Assembly (NCBI GenBank): GCA_035310965.1
Contig: DATGDI010000041.1
Location: 1-32,735, forward strand
Direction: 5' to 3'
Source of the DNA: Methanomicrobiales archaeon
GTDB taxonomy: Archaea > Halobacteriota > Methanomicrobia > Methanomicrobiales > JACTUA01
DNA length: 32,735 nt
The notes beneath the pieces are model-generated. The model saw only the letters and a list, made by a program, of their open reading frames with translations, was not told the origin of the DNA and ran no database searches. Positions 1 to 8,204 of the stretch are shown here, piece by piece. A program made the position numbers and the translations under genes. Position 1 is the first letter of the stretch; each line of letters starts with the position of its first letter.

Positions 1-117
1 AAAAAGGAGCACGAAGTAGATCAGGGCGGGGGTAACAGGCTCGTCTTTTACCTCACGGAATGCGGTCTCAGGACTCCCGACAAAGGCCGTGATTTTCCTG
101 ACGAGGTCCAGGCCCAT
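1..117 (-). CDS. partial CDS (N-terminal 39 codons, continues past window edge); possibly a Yip1-like membrane protein
   Basis: The reverse-strand frame is open from the ATG at 117-115 to position 1: MGLDLVRKITAFVGSPETAFREVKDEPVTPALIYFVLLF. A short polar lead followed by a hydrophobic stretch resembles Yip1-domain N-termini. It is absent from the ORF track because it is truncated. The family call is tentative. Confidence 0.35.
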   Translation of the reverse strand, partial: MGLDLVRKITAFVGSPETAFREVKDEPVTPALIYFVLLF

Positions 118-213
118 GGAAGAGGGATCGGCATCGAATACCAAAAATGCTTCCCCGGAATTTCTGAACACCGGGTTGGGAACGATAAAAAGTGAGAAGG
201 GGATGGAGGGGCT

Positions 214-1869
214 CTAGAAGTCGCCCATGTCGCCGCCCATGCCGGGGGGCATTCCGCCGGGAGGCATGCCGCCGGGCCCGCCGGGGGGTGCGCCCGCAAC
301 TCTTGAGGCGGCGATGACGTCGTCGATCCGGAGGATCATGACCGCTGCCTCGGCCGCCGAGGCGACGGCCTGGGTCTTCACCCGGAGGGGCTCGACGACG
401 CCGGCCTTGTACATGTCGATGGGTGCGCCCTTGAAGACATCGAGGCCGTAGTTCTTCCTCTTCTTGTCATGCTCTGCCCGGAGGGCGACGAGCATGTCGA
501 TGGGGTCGAGGCCCGCGTTCTCGGCAAGGGTCCTCGGGATGATCTCGAGGGCGTTTGCGAAGGCCTCGATGGCCAGCTGCGCACGCCCGCCGACGGATGC
601 CGCGTAGTCACGGAGCCGGAGGGAGAGCTCGATCTCGGCAGCCCCGCCGCCGGCCACGAGCTTCTTGTCCTCCATGACCACGGAGACCACGCTGATGGCA
701 TCGACGAGGGCCCGCTCGAGCTCGTCCACGACATGCTCGGTCCCGCCCCGCACGATGATACTGACGGCCTTCGGGTTCACGCACTTCTCGACGAAGATCA
801 TCTCCTCGCCCCCGACCTTTCTCTCCTCCACGAGGCCGGCTTTGCCGAGCTCGCTCTTCGAGATTGCGTCGATGGACGAGATGACCGATGCGCCGGTCGC
901 CCGGGCGAGCTTCTCCATGTCGCTCTTCTTGACCCGGCGGAGGGCGAGGATGTTTGCCTTCGCGAGGTAGTGCTGGGCGATGTCGTCGATACCCTTCTGG
1001 CAGATGACGACGTTTGCGCCGCTCGCCACGACCTTGTCGACGATGGACTTGATCATCCGCTCCTCTTCATCGAGGAACGCCTGGAGCTGGTCGGGGCTCG
1101 TGATGTTGATCTCCGCGTCCACCTCGGTCTTCTTGAACTCGATGGAGGCGTTCAGGAGGAGGATCTTCGCGTTCTCCACCTTCTTCGGCATGCCGGGGTG
1201 CACGCGCTCCTTGTCGATGAGCACCCCCTCGACGATCATCGAGTCGTCCGAGGACCCGCCGACCTTCTTCTCGATCTTGACGTTGTCCTTGTCCACGGTC
1301 CCGTCCTCGTCGACGACCATCATGGCCGCCTTGACCACGAGCTCGCAAAGCTTATCTTTCGAGGCCTCGGCGCCCTTTCCCGTCATCGCGGTCTCGGCGA
1401 TCTTGAAGAGCATCTCCTTGTCGGTGGGCTTCACCGTGATGGCGATGTCGTTTAAGATCTCCCGGGCCTTCTCGGCGGCGAGCCGGTAGCCCTGGGCGAT
1501 GACCGTCGGGTGGACGTCCTGATCCAGGAGCTCCTCGGCGCGCTTCAGGAGCTCGCCTGCCACGACCACGGCGGTGGTGGTCCCGTCGCCGACCTCGTCA
1601 TCCTGGGTCTTTGCGACCTCCACCATCATCTTCGCCGCCGGGTGCTCGATGTCCATCTCCTTCAGGATGGTGACACCGTCGTTCGTGATCACCACGTCGC
1701 CGATGGTGTCCACGAGCATCTTGTCCATCCCCTTGGGGCCGAGGGTGGTCCGTACCGCGCCTGCGACTGCCTTTGCCGCCGCGATGTTGGAACCCTGGGC
1801 GTCGCGGCCACGGGTCCGCGAGCTGCCCTCCTTGAGGATGAGAATGGGCTGTCCTGCGAGTTGTGACAT
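214..1869 (-). CDS. ths: thermosome subunit (group II chaperonin)
   Basis: 551-aa ORF with [29 protein letters not shown], the GDGTTT nucleotide-site motif and a C-terminal [14 protein letters not shown] tail. All are hallmarks of archaeal thermosomes. Confidence 0.97.
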   Translation of the reverse strand: MSQLAGQPILILKEGSSRTRGRDAQGSNIAAAKAVAGAVRTTLGPKGMDKMLVDTIGDVVITNDGVTILKEMDIEHPAAKMMVEVAKTQDDEVGDGTTTAVVVAGELLKRAEELLDQDVHPTVIAQGYRLAAEKAREILNDIAITVKPTDKEMLFKIAETAMTGKGAEASKDKLCELVVKAAMMVVDEDGTVDKDNVKIEKKVGGSSDDSMIVEGVLIDKERVHPGMPKKVENAKILLLNASIEFKKTEVDAEINITSPDQLQAFLDEEERMIKSIVDKVVASGANVVICQKGIDDIAQHYLAKANILALRRVKKSDMEKLARATGASVISSIDAISKSELGKAGLVEERKVGGEEMIFVEKCVNPKAVSIIVRGGTEHVVDELERALVDAISVVSVVMEDKKLVAGGGAAEIELSLRLRDYAASVGGRAQLAIEAFANALEIIPRTLAENAGLDPIDMLVALRAEHDKKRKNYGLDVFKGAPIDMYKAGVVEPLRVKTQAVASAAEAAVMILRIDDVIAASRVAGAPPGGPGGMPPGGMPPGMGGDMGDF

Positions 1870-1914
1870 GATTCTCTCACCGTATTTTGCGGTAGAATAA
1901 TTGGTTTGTGGTTC

Positions 1915-1922
1915 TATATAAA
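1915..1922 (-). promoter_or_regulatory. TATA-box-like element upstream of the thermosome gene
   Basis: The minus strand reads TTTATATA about 46 nt upstream of the ATG at 1869, in an AT-rich patch within otherwise GC-rich DNA. Confidence 0.4.
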
Positions 1923-1977
1923 CGAAGTGGATCCCTCCGGGGATCCCACGGAGGGAAGACCTCTCGAAAAGTGAATA

Positions 1978-2898
1978 TCACGCCGGGGGTTCCCGGATGA
2001 GCTCCATGAGCTCGGAGCCGTCCTCCAGGGCGTGGAGGCGCTCCTCGCCGATGACGAGGGTGTCCCCGATGGTCTTCTGCCGCCGGTATCCGAAGAGGAC
2101 ACAGAGGGCCCGGGCCCTCGCGATCCGGGATATGCTCCCGATCAGGGGGGCCCGCTTCTCCACGTGCTGGGCGGTACCGTAGCCGGTGAGGATGGTTTCG
2201 TCGTCGTACCGGGCAAGGGCCTCGAAGGGGGCGCGGCGCAGCAGGTGGATCTCCATCCCGAGCCGCTCGAGATCGGGGAGCACCTGCCCCCTGGCGGGCT
2301 CATCGGCCCGGGCGAATCGGGATTCGTGGGAGAGAAGGTCGACGGGCTTCGTGATGGCGGTGTCGAAAACCTCCTCGATACGGACGGCGATCTCCATCGT
2401 GGTCCCCATCCCGTTCTCGTACTTGCTGATGGTCCGGCGCGAAACACCGAGGAGGTGGGCGAGGTCTCCCAGGGAAAGCTCCCTCTCCTCCCTGAGGGCC
2501 CTGAGGAGCTTTTCATCGATGTTCACGTAGAGCCCGCCGGGCGAGACATAGATGAGGGGCGGGATCCCCTCCATGAGGAAATCCGAGAGGGTGGGGAGGG
2601 AGAGGGCATAGATCCCGTACCGGACGTACACCGCCCCCCGCTGGAGGTCCGCGTCCCGGGTACGCTCCCCCACGATGAGGGGGGCTCCGCCCAGGTAGTA
2701 GGAGACGAGGTCCAGGTCCCGGGCGATGTCCTCGGAGACCCCGTCGATGTGGGAGATGGCCTTCACCACCATGAGGACCTCCCGGTCGCCGGCGATGAGG
2801 TCAAAGGAGCGGGGCCGCTGGCTGCACCGGTCCGAGACCTGGAACCCCGCCTCGACGAGCAGGCTCCTCACCCGCTGGAGAAGGACCTCCTGGGTCAT
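1978..2898 (-). CDS. archaeal Cro/C1 (XRE)-type HTH transcriptional regulator (conserved euryarchaeal 'putative HTH-type transcriptional regulatory protein' family)
   Basis: 306-aa ORF with a central HTH segment, LSLGDLAHLLGVSRRTISKYENG. The N-terminal region (LLVEAGF.V..R....SFDLIA) is typical of this family as I recall it. Confidence 0.85.
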   Translation of the reverse strand: MTQEVLLQRVRSLLVEAGFQVSDRCSQRPRSFDLIAGDREVLMVVKAISHIDGVSEDIARDLDLVSYYLGGAPLIVGERTRDADLQRGAVYVRYGIYALSLPTLSDFLMEGIPPLIYVSPGGLYVNIDEKLLRALREERELSLGDLAHLLGVSRRTISKYENGMGTTMEIAVRIEEVFDTAITKPVDLLSHESRFARADEPARGQVLPDLERLGMEIHLLRRAPFEALARYDDETILTGYGTAQHVEKRAPLIGSISRIARARALCVLFGYRRQKTIGDTLVIGEERLHALEDGSELMELIREPPA

Positions 2899-2946
2899 GG
2901 TGCCTCAAGAAGCCATATTGCAGGGTGTGATAATAAAATATCGGGC

Positions 2947-4170
2947 ATGTGGATCGGCATCGATGACACGGACTCCCCCCGGGGGATGTGCACCACGTAC
3001 CTGGGGGCCGTGCTCATCCGGAGGCTCCTTTCCCAACGTTTCGCTCTCCATGAGGCAAGGCTCATCCGGCTCAACCCGAACGTCCCCTGGAAGACGAGGG
3101 GGAACGCCGCCATCTCCCTCGAGGTTGGGGGGGATCCCGAGGTTGCCTTCGGGATGGCCTGCCGGTGCGTCGATGAGATGGCAGACCTTCCCGCCGAGGG
3201 GACCGAGCCGGGGGTCGCGGTATCGGAGACGAAGCCGCCGGCCGGATTTTATGAGAAGGCCCTCCGTTCCTTCTGCGAACGCGGGGAGGCCATCGAGGTT
3301 CTCGAGGAGGCCGGGGCGATGTACCGGGGATGGAAGGGAGGCCGGGGGCTCATCGGGGCCACGGCGGCCATCGCGAGCACCCTTCCCGACTCCACCTGGG
3401 AGCTGCTTGTCTACCGAAAGCCGGACCTCCAGGGAACCCCGAGGAACATCGACCGGGGATCCTTCTTCCTCGCCGATGCCTCCACCGCGCCGGCCACCTG
3501 GGACACGGTGGACCGGGAGAACGGTATCGTGGTCTGTTCCCCCCACACGCCGGACCCGGTCCTCTTCGGGATCCGGGGCCGAAGCCCCTTCTCTGTCGCC
3601 CTCGCCCGGACATTTATCCGGACCGAGCCCGCGGGTATGGAGCAGGTGTATCTCACGAATCAGGGAACCGATGGCCACCTCGAAGAGGGCGTAGTCGGGG
3701 GATTGTCCGAGGGGCACTCGTACAGGGTCCAGGGAATCGTATCGGGAAGGGCGGCGACGGGAAGGGGGGGACATGTCTCGGTTCCCATCGGTGACGGGGG
3801 GTTGTCCCTGAGGTGCATGGCCTACGAACCGACCAAGGGGTTCAGGGACATGGTGAGGGCCCTCGTACCGGGCGACGAGGTGGAGGCCTGTGGAAGCTTC
3901 AAGGGGGGTTCGCTGAACCTGGAGAAGATCCGGCTCATCGAGCCCGCGCAGGATCTGGTGATGAGATCCCCCCTCTGCCCTGCCTGCGGGGTGAGAATGA
4001 CCTCCGCGGGCCGCGGGAAGGGGTACAAGTGCCGGCGGTGCGGTGAGAGGGCAGCAGGGGGAGAGGTTCAGGAGAGAGCGAGAGGAATCGCGGCAGGATG
4101 GTACGAGGTACCCCCCTCTGCCCGGCGTCATCTCGCGATGCCCCTTGCACGGGGAATTCGGCACAGATAA
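2947..4170 (+). CDS. tiaS: tRNA(Ile2) 2-agmatinylcytidine synthetase TiaS
   Basis: Internal ATG of the 2032..4170 ORF. The N-terminus MWIGIDDTDSPRGMCTTYLG is the TiaS signature, and there is a C-terminal Zn ribbon, CPACG...YKCRRCG. The part of the ORF upstream of 2947 is antisense to the HTH regulator gene and Arg/Pro/Gly-rich. Confidence 0.9.
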   Translation: MWIGIDDTDSPRGMCTTYLGAVLIRRLLSQRFALHEARLIRLNPNVPWKTRGNAAISLEVGGDPEVAFGMACRCVDEMADLPAEGTEPGVAVSETKPPAGFYEKALRSFCERGEAIEVLEEAGAMYRGWKGGRGLIGATAAIASTLPDSTWELLVYRKPDLQGTPRNIDRGSFFLADASTAPATWDTVDRENGIVVCSPHTPDPVLFGIRGRSPFSVALARTFIRTEPAGMEQVYLTNQGTDGHLEEGVVGGLSEGHSYRVQGIVSGRAATGRGGHVSVPIGDGGLSLRCMAYEPTKGFRDMVRALVPGDEVEACGSFKGGSLNLEKIRLIEPAQDLVMRSPLCPACGVRMTSAGRGKGYKCRRCGERAAGGEVQERARGIAAGWYEVPPSARRHLAMPLARGIRHR

Positions 4171-4207
4171 GAGGGGGCAGTGAAATAGTCGTGAAAGAGG
4201 AGAGTGC

Positions 4208-5137
4208 ATGGAAGGCGACGCGGTGAAGCAGGTGAGGATCCGGCCCGGCATGACCGCCGGGGAACTCGCGAGCGAGCTCGAGGCATCCGGGGCCTTCAAC
4301 GGGGGATCCCTTGCAAAGGCATGCAGGATCACGGAGGCGATGTTCCGGGACGGGAAGGCCACGACCTTCCTGGGTCTCGCCGGGGCCATGGTTCCCGCGG
4401 GGATGGGTGGGATCGTGGCCGACCTTATCGACAGGGGGTATGTCGACGTTCTCGTCTCTACCGGGGCGAACCTCGTGCATGACATGGTCGAGGCCATCGG
4501 GTGCCGGCACTATCACGGGTCGGCGGAGTGCTCGGACAACGAACTCCGGAGGAAGGGGATCAACCGCATCTACGATGTCTATGTCTCCGACGACGCCTTC
4601 ACCCAGTTCGAGGACTTCATCCAGGGAGTCTTCGGGGGGCTCAGCGACGGGACGGTCATCTCCACCTCGGAGCTCCTGGGCATGGTCGGGAAGAAGCTCC
4701 CTTCGGGGATCCTTGCGACCGCCGCGAAAAAGGGGGTCCCGGTCTACTGCCCCGCCGTCCAGGACTCGGTTTTCGGCCTCCAGTTTTCCCTCTTTTCCCA
4801 GACCCACAAGGTGACGGTGGACGCCTTCCGGGACATGAAGGGATTCCTGGACCGGTGCTTCACCTCCGAGAGCGCGGGGGCCCTTCTCATCGGGGGAGGG
4901 GTACCGAAAAACTTCATCTTCCAGGGGATGCTCCTCGCCCCCCACGGGTTCACGTACGCCGTCCAGCTGACCGGGGACCGGCCGGATCTCGGGGGCCTGT
5001 CGGGCGCCACCCTGGACGAGGCCCGGTCCTGGGGGAAGCTCACCCCCGAGGCGCAGGGCGTGACCGTGTACGGGGACGCGACCATCACTCTCCCGTTCCT
5101 TGCTGCCGCGGTACTGGAGAGGCTCTCCCGTGGCTGA
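4208..5137 (+). CDS. dys: deoxyhypusine synthase
   Basis: 309-aa ORF with TTFLGLAGAMVPAGMGG, VDVLVSTGANLVHD and GGGVPKNF motifs characteristic of DHS. A GAGGAG Shine-Dalgarno-like sequence lies just upstream of the ATG. Confidence 0.93.
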   Translation: MEGDAVKQVRIRPGMTAGELASELEASGAFNGGSLAKACRITEAMFRDGKATTFLGLAGAMVPAGMGGIVADLIDRGYVDVLVSTGANLVHDMVEAIGCRHYHGSAECSDNELRRKGINRIYDVYVSDDAFTQFEDFIQGVFGGLSDGTVISTSELLGMVGKKLPSGILATAAKKGVPVYCPAVQDSVFGLQFSLFSQTHKVTVDAFRDMKGFLDRCFTSESAGALLIGGGVPKNFIFQGMLLAPHGFTYAVQLTGDRPDLGGLSGATLDEARSWGKLTPEAQGVTVYGDATITLPFLAAAVLERLSRG

Positions 5138-5765
5138 GCTGATCCTCTCTCTCGACGTTACCGACCGGGCACGGGCCGTCGATATTGCCCGGGCCTGCGC
5201 CCCCCATCTCGATGCCATCAAGATCGGGTACCCCCTCGTCCTGTCGGCCGGGATATCCATTGCAAAGGACCTCCTCCCCCTCGCCCTCCCCCTCATCGCC
5301 GATTTCAAGGTCGCGGATATCCCGGACACCAACCGGACCATCTGCACCCTCGCCTTCGATGCGGGGTTTTCAGGAGTCATCGCCCATGCCTTCCCCGGGG
5401 AGGATGCTCTCTCCGCCTGCGTGGAGGTGGCCCATGCCCGCGGGGGGGCCTGCTACGCCGTCGCCGAGATGAGCCACCCGGGGGCCGCGGCCTTCTTCCA
5501 TGGCGGGGTCGCGGAGCGGCTGGCCGCGCTTGCCGTTCGGTGCGGTGCCGACGGGATCATCGCCCCGGCGACCCGGCCCGGGAGGGTCGCGCGGCTCAGG
5601 GAAATCGCGGGTTCCCTGAAGATCCTCTCCCCGGGTGTAGGGGCGCAGGGAGGGGAGCTGGAGGCGGTAAAGGATCTCGTTGACGGGATCATCGTCGGGA
5701 GGTCCATCTTCGCGGCCCCGGACCCGAAAGCCGCGGCAGAGGATTTCTCCAGGCGCTGCCGATGA
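5130..5765 (+). CDS. pyrF: orotidine 5'-phosphate decarboxylase
   Basis: LILSLDV...AIKIGYPL...IADFKVADIPDTN...ILSPGVGAQGG motifs. The start is uncertain: the GTG at 5130 overlaps the dys stop by 8 nt, and the ORF track opens at a TTG at 5100. Confidence 0.88.
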   Translation: MAELILSLDVTDRARAVDIARACAPHLDAIKIGYPLVLSAGISIAKDLLPLALPLIADFKVADIPDTNRTICTLAFDAGFSGVIAHAFPGEDALSACVEVAHARGGACYAVAEMSHPGAAAFFHGGVAERLAALAVRCGADGIIAPATRPGRVARLREIAGSLKILSPGVGAQGGELEAVKDLVDGIIVGRSIFAAPDPKAAAEDFSRRCR

Positions 5766-5896
5766 TGAGGCGGCCGATCTGACCGTGATGAACCCTGTGA
5801 GTCAGCTGGGGCAGCCTGGGAAGGGTCGACCGACCTGCCACCGCCGGCCGTTTTTCATCGATGTCCGCGAACTTGCGCAAAATAAAATTTTCGCGC

Positions 5897-5909
5897 AAAA
5901 ATATTTTAA
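5897..5909 (+). promoter_or_regulatory. TATA-box-like element; spacing predicts a leaderless mRNA for the 5933 CDS
   Basis: AAAAATATTTTAA centred about 29 nt upstream of the ATG at 5933, with a second A/T run at 5878-5890. It is a local AT island. Confidence 0.45.
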
Positions 5910-5932
5910 GATCGCCTCACCATGGATCCGGT

Positions 5933-6295
5933 ATGCAATGGAATCCGGAGCAGCGCAAGCTTATAGAAAAATACCATTCCATCCAGGATATCCCGCCCGG
6001 GGAACGGCGTTACAAGTGTTTCACCTGCCACACCATCGTGGACACGTCGCCATGCCCGAGGTGCGGCGAGGCCAGGCTCCAGATCCTCTGCCCGCTGGAC
6101 CATGCCCAGTGCTCCCATGAGATCATCGCCCGGATCGAGTACTGCCCCATGTGCGGGAACCCCGTCTGCCCCGACTGCGGGTCGCATGACGTGGTGCAGA
6201 TCAGCCGGGTGACCGGCTACCTCCAGGATGTCTCGGGCTGGAATGCCGGGAAGCAGCAGGAACTGAAGGACCGGGTGCGCTATACCCTGAGCTGA
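5933..6295 (+). CDS. small Cys-rich protein resembling the C-terminal Zn-ribbon/glycyl-radical segment of anaerobic (class III) ribonucleotide reductase NrdD
   Basis: 120 aa from the internal ATG. It has two CxxC...CxxC clusters (CFTCH..CPRCG and [13 protein letters not shown]) followed by [30 protein letters not shown]. That tail matches the NrdD C-terminal pattern R-[IV]-x-G-Y...W-N-x-G-K...R as I recall it. Confidence 0.7.
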   Translation: MQWNPEQRKLIEKYHSIQDIPPGERRYKCFTCHTIVDTSPCPRCGEARLQILCPLDHAQCSHEIIARIEYCPMCGNPVCPDCGSHDVVQISRVTGYLQDVSGWNAGKQQELKDRVRYTLS

Positions 6296-6333
6296 TCCCT
6301 GTCCTTTCATTCTCTTCCGAAAATAGAGGTTGC

Positions 6334-6356
6334 CGGATCCCCGGTACGGGAATCCG
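6334..6356. terminator. hairpin in a convergent intergenic region (possible transcription stop signal)
   Basis: CGGATCCCCG-GTA-CGGGAATCCG forms 9 bp with one mismatch. It lies between the stop at 6295 (+) and the stop at 6358 (-). Confidence 0.25.
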
Positions 6357-6357
6357 T

Positions 6358-7896
6358 TCACTTCTTGTTATTCCCGTTTCCCTGGCCCTTCTCCTTGTCC
6401 TTGTTGCCCTTTCCGTTCCCGTTCCCGTTCCCCTGGTTTCCCTGTCCCTGGGTGTCGGCCTGATCGTCCTCGTCGTCAGAGGCGGACTTCTTGCCGTTGT
6501 TTCCCTTGATATTCTTGGAATTACCGGTGGCGCAGTTCTCGGTGCAGGAGCCATCCTGGTTCCGTTCCTGCTTCTTGAGCTGGCCGCGGTTCTGGTTCTG
6601 GTCCGGGCTCACGGTTGGAGTGGCGGTTGGGGAGGTCGAGGTCTCATCTGTTCCCTCCCCGACCTCGTCCAGGGGCGCAACGGTGTCCAGGATATCAGAG
6701 AAGAACGCATCGAGGCCCGTCTTCTTCTCTCCGATCACCCGGATGGTGTCGCTCCCGATGACCTTCACGGTCTCCCCGCCCTTCGTGACGGTCCCGTTGC
6801 AGACGATCTCGACGGTCTCACCGGCAACTACATCCTTCCCGAGGCTCTGCCTCCGGAACTTGGCCATGAGGGTTCCGCCGGCCTTCTGATTCATCTTGAC
6901 CTTCGTCGACGGCGCGCCTCCACAGGTGATGGAGCTGATATCCCTGAGGGTGATCCCTTCCTGTGAGGTATCACCGGCGAGCCGGATAAACGCCGTGAAG
7001 ACGCCACGGCTCTTCAGGTTCAGGGTCTCGGGCTTGATGGTGACATCCAGCTTCACCGTGGGGCTGGTCTCACCGGAGGTGCATACCGGCTCAGAGCCGG
7101 CCTGGGCGGGGGAGGTGATCTTCGCGCAGTTCTTCAGCTCACCGGCGATCGCATCCTCGGCAAGGGTCATGGTCAGGTTGAGGGTGGCAGTGGCCCCGTT
7201 ACCGGCGAGGGAATCGATGGTCCACGTATTGGTCGCATCGTCGAAGGCCGAGCCGGCGCTCGCCTCGGCCCTCACCAGGGTGAAATCACCGAGCGCTGAG
7301 GGATCTTCGGTGACCACGATATCCGTAACCCCGGCGGTCCCCTGGTTTGTCAGGGTGATATTCCAGATGACCTGGTCCCCCGCAAAGATCGGGCCCGTGT
7401 TGAAGAGGGTCTTCGTGAGTTCGAGGTCTGCCGCCTCGGCCGTGATGGTGGCGGAGGCGCATACGGGCGTTTCCGATATCTCCTCGCTGGGAGCGGTGAT
7501 ACTGACACAGTTCTTGATCTCTCCCGGAGCCGCATCCTCGGCAAGGGTCATGGTCAGGTTGAGGGTTGCCGAGGCGCCGTCACCGGTGAGCGGAGGAACG
7601 GTCCAGGTGTGAGCGTTCTGATCATAGGTCGTGCCATCGCTCGCCTCCGCGAGGTCGAGGGTGACATCCCTGAGAAGTGACATGTCGTCTGTGACTGTGA
7701 CCTCAGGGGCCGCATCCGGTCCGCTGTTCGTCAGGGTGATATTCCAGATGATCTGGTCCCCGGCGGTTATCGATCCTTCGTTATGGAGGGTCTTCGTGAG
7801 TTGAAGGTTGGCCGCTGCCTGGGCCGCAGATACCGCGCCACACCATAGGGCCATGGCAATAAGGAGGAGTGCTCCCATCTTTGCATATTGAGTCAT
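6358..7896 (-). CDS. secreted surface protein with two DUF11-type ('conserved repeat domain') repeats and a Gly/Asn/Lys low-complexity tail
   Basis: N-terminal signal peptide MGALLLIAMALWCGAVSAAQA. Two ~127-aa repeats (L.LTKTL.N.G.I.AGDQ.IWNITLTN.G......V.V..D...TATLNLTMTLAEDA..GE.KNC). The C-terminal tail is GNQGNGNGNGKGNKDKEKGQGNGNNKK. Confidence 0.8.
   Translation of the reverse strand: MTQYAKMGALLLIAMALWCGAVSAAQAAANLQLTKTLHNEGSITAGDQIIWNITLTNSGPDAAPEVTVTDDMSLLRDVTLDLAEASDGTTYDQNAHTWTVPPLTGDGASATLNLTMTLAEDAAPGEIKNCVSITAPSEEISETPVCASATITAEAADLELTKTLFNTGPIFAGDQVIWNITLTNQGTAGVTDIVVTEDPSALGDFTLVRAEASAGSAFDDATNTWTIDSLAGNGATATLNLTMTLAEDAIAGELKNCAKITSPAQAGSEPVCTSGETSPTVKLDVTIKPETLNLKSRGVFTAFIRLAGDTSQEGITLRDISSITCGGAPSTKVKMNQKAGGTLMAKFRRQSLGKDVVAGETVEIVCNGTVTKGGETVKVIGSDTIRVIGEKKTGLDAFFSDILDTVAPLDEVGEGTDETSTSPTATPTVSPDQNQNRGQLKKQERNQDGSCTENCATGNSKNIKGNNGKKSASDDEDDQADTQGQGNQGNGNGNGKGNKDKEKGQGNGNNKK
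7048..7812 (-). repeat. intragenic tandem duplication (2 x ~381 nt) encoding the DUF11-like repeats
   Basis: Long identical nucleotide runs 381 nt apart, for example gcatcctcggcaagggtcatggtcaggttgagggt at 7151 and 7532. Confidence 0.85.
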
Positions 7897-8204
7897 ATCA
7901 GTCTCCGGGCGAATCCTGTTCTTGGTTCTCCAGGGATTCCCTGATCCCGGATTTCATGGGGGGGCCCTTTAAGGCCGGCGACCGTCCCACCCGGTCCGCT
8001 CGGTTCGGGGTGGCCCGGGAGGGAGGGGATTCGTCCAGCATGGTTCGAAAAGAAAAAACAGCCGCGTTTCGGGCTTGATTCCGGTGCCGGAATTCCGGGG
8101 CAGGAACGGGACTTTTCCCTGCATCCCCGGGACGCGATCCCCGCACCCGCGCAGCCGGGGCGGAACCTTCTTTTTCATCCCGGCGGAGATCTCTTTGATC
8201 CCCG

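Noticed and set aside
48-299. 83-aa minus-strand ORF overlapping the thermosome 3' end
   Set aside because: Its translation is Pro/Ala/Trp-rich and low-complexity. It overlaps a high-confidence gene out of frame. The reading frame that looks protein-like in 1-117 is a different one.
2032-2946. Upstream 305 codons of the 712-aa ORF that contains tiaS
   Set aside because: This part is antisense to the HTH regulator gene and Gly/Pro/Glu/Asp/Arg-rich. The TiaS signature begins exactly at the internal ATG at 2947.
2905-5380. Long minus-strand ORFs 2905..4497 (530 aa) and 3935..5380 (481 aa)
   Set aside because: They are antisense to tiaS, dys and pyrF, which have unmistakable family motifs. Their translations are Arg/Pro/Gly-rich, as expected for open antisense frames in high-GC DNA.
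7897-8204. Possible cobalamin riboswitch upstream of cbiZ (AAGGCCGGCGACCGTCC resembles a B12 box)
   Set aside because: Only a partial match to the B12-box consensus as I remember it, in GC-rich DNA where such matches arise by chance. The other conserved core elements, and the usual ~100-nt spacing upstream of the box, are not evident. Cobalamin riboswitches are not established in archaea. An Infernal scan with RF00174 would settle it.
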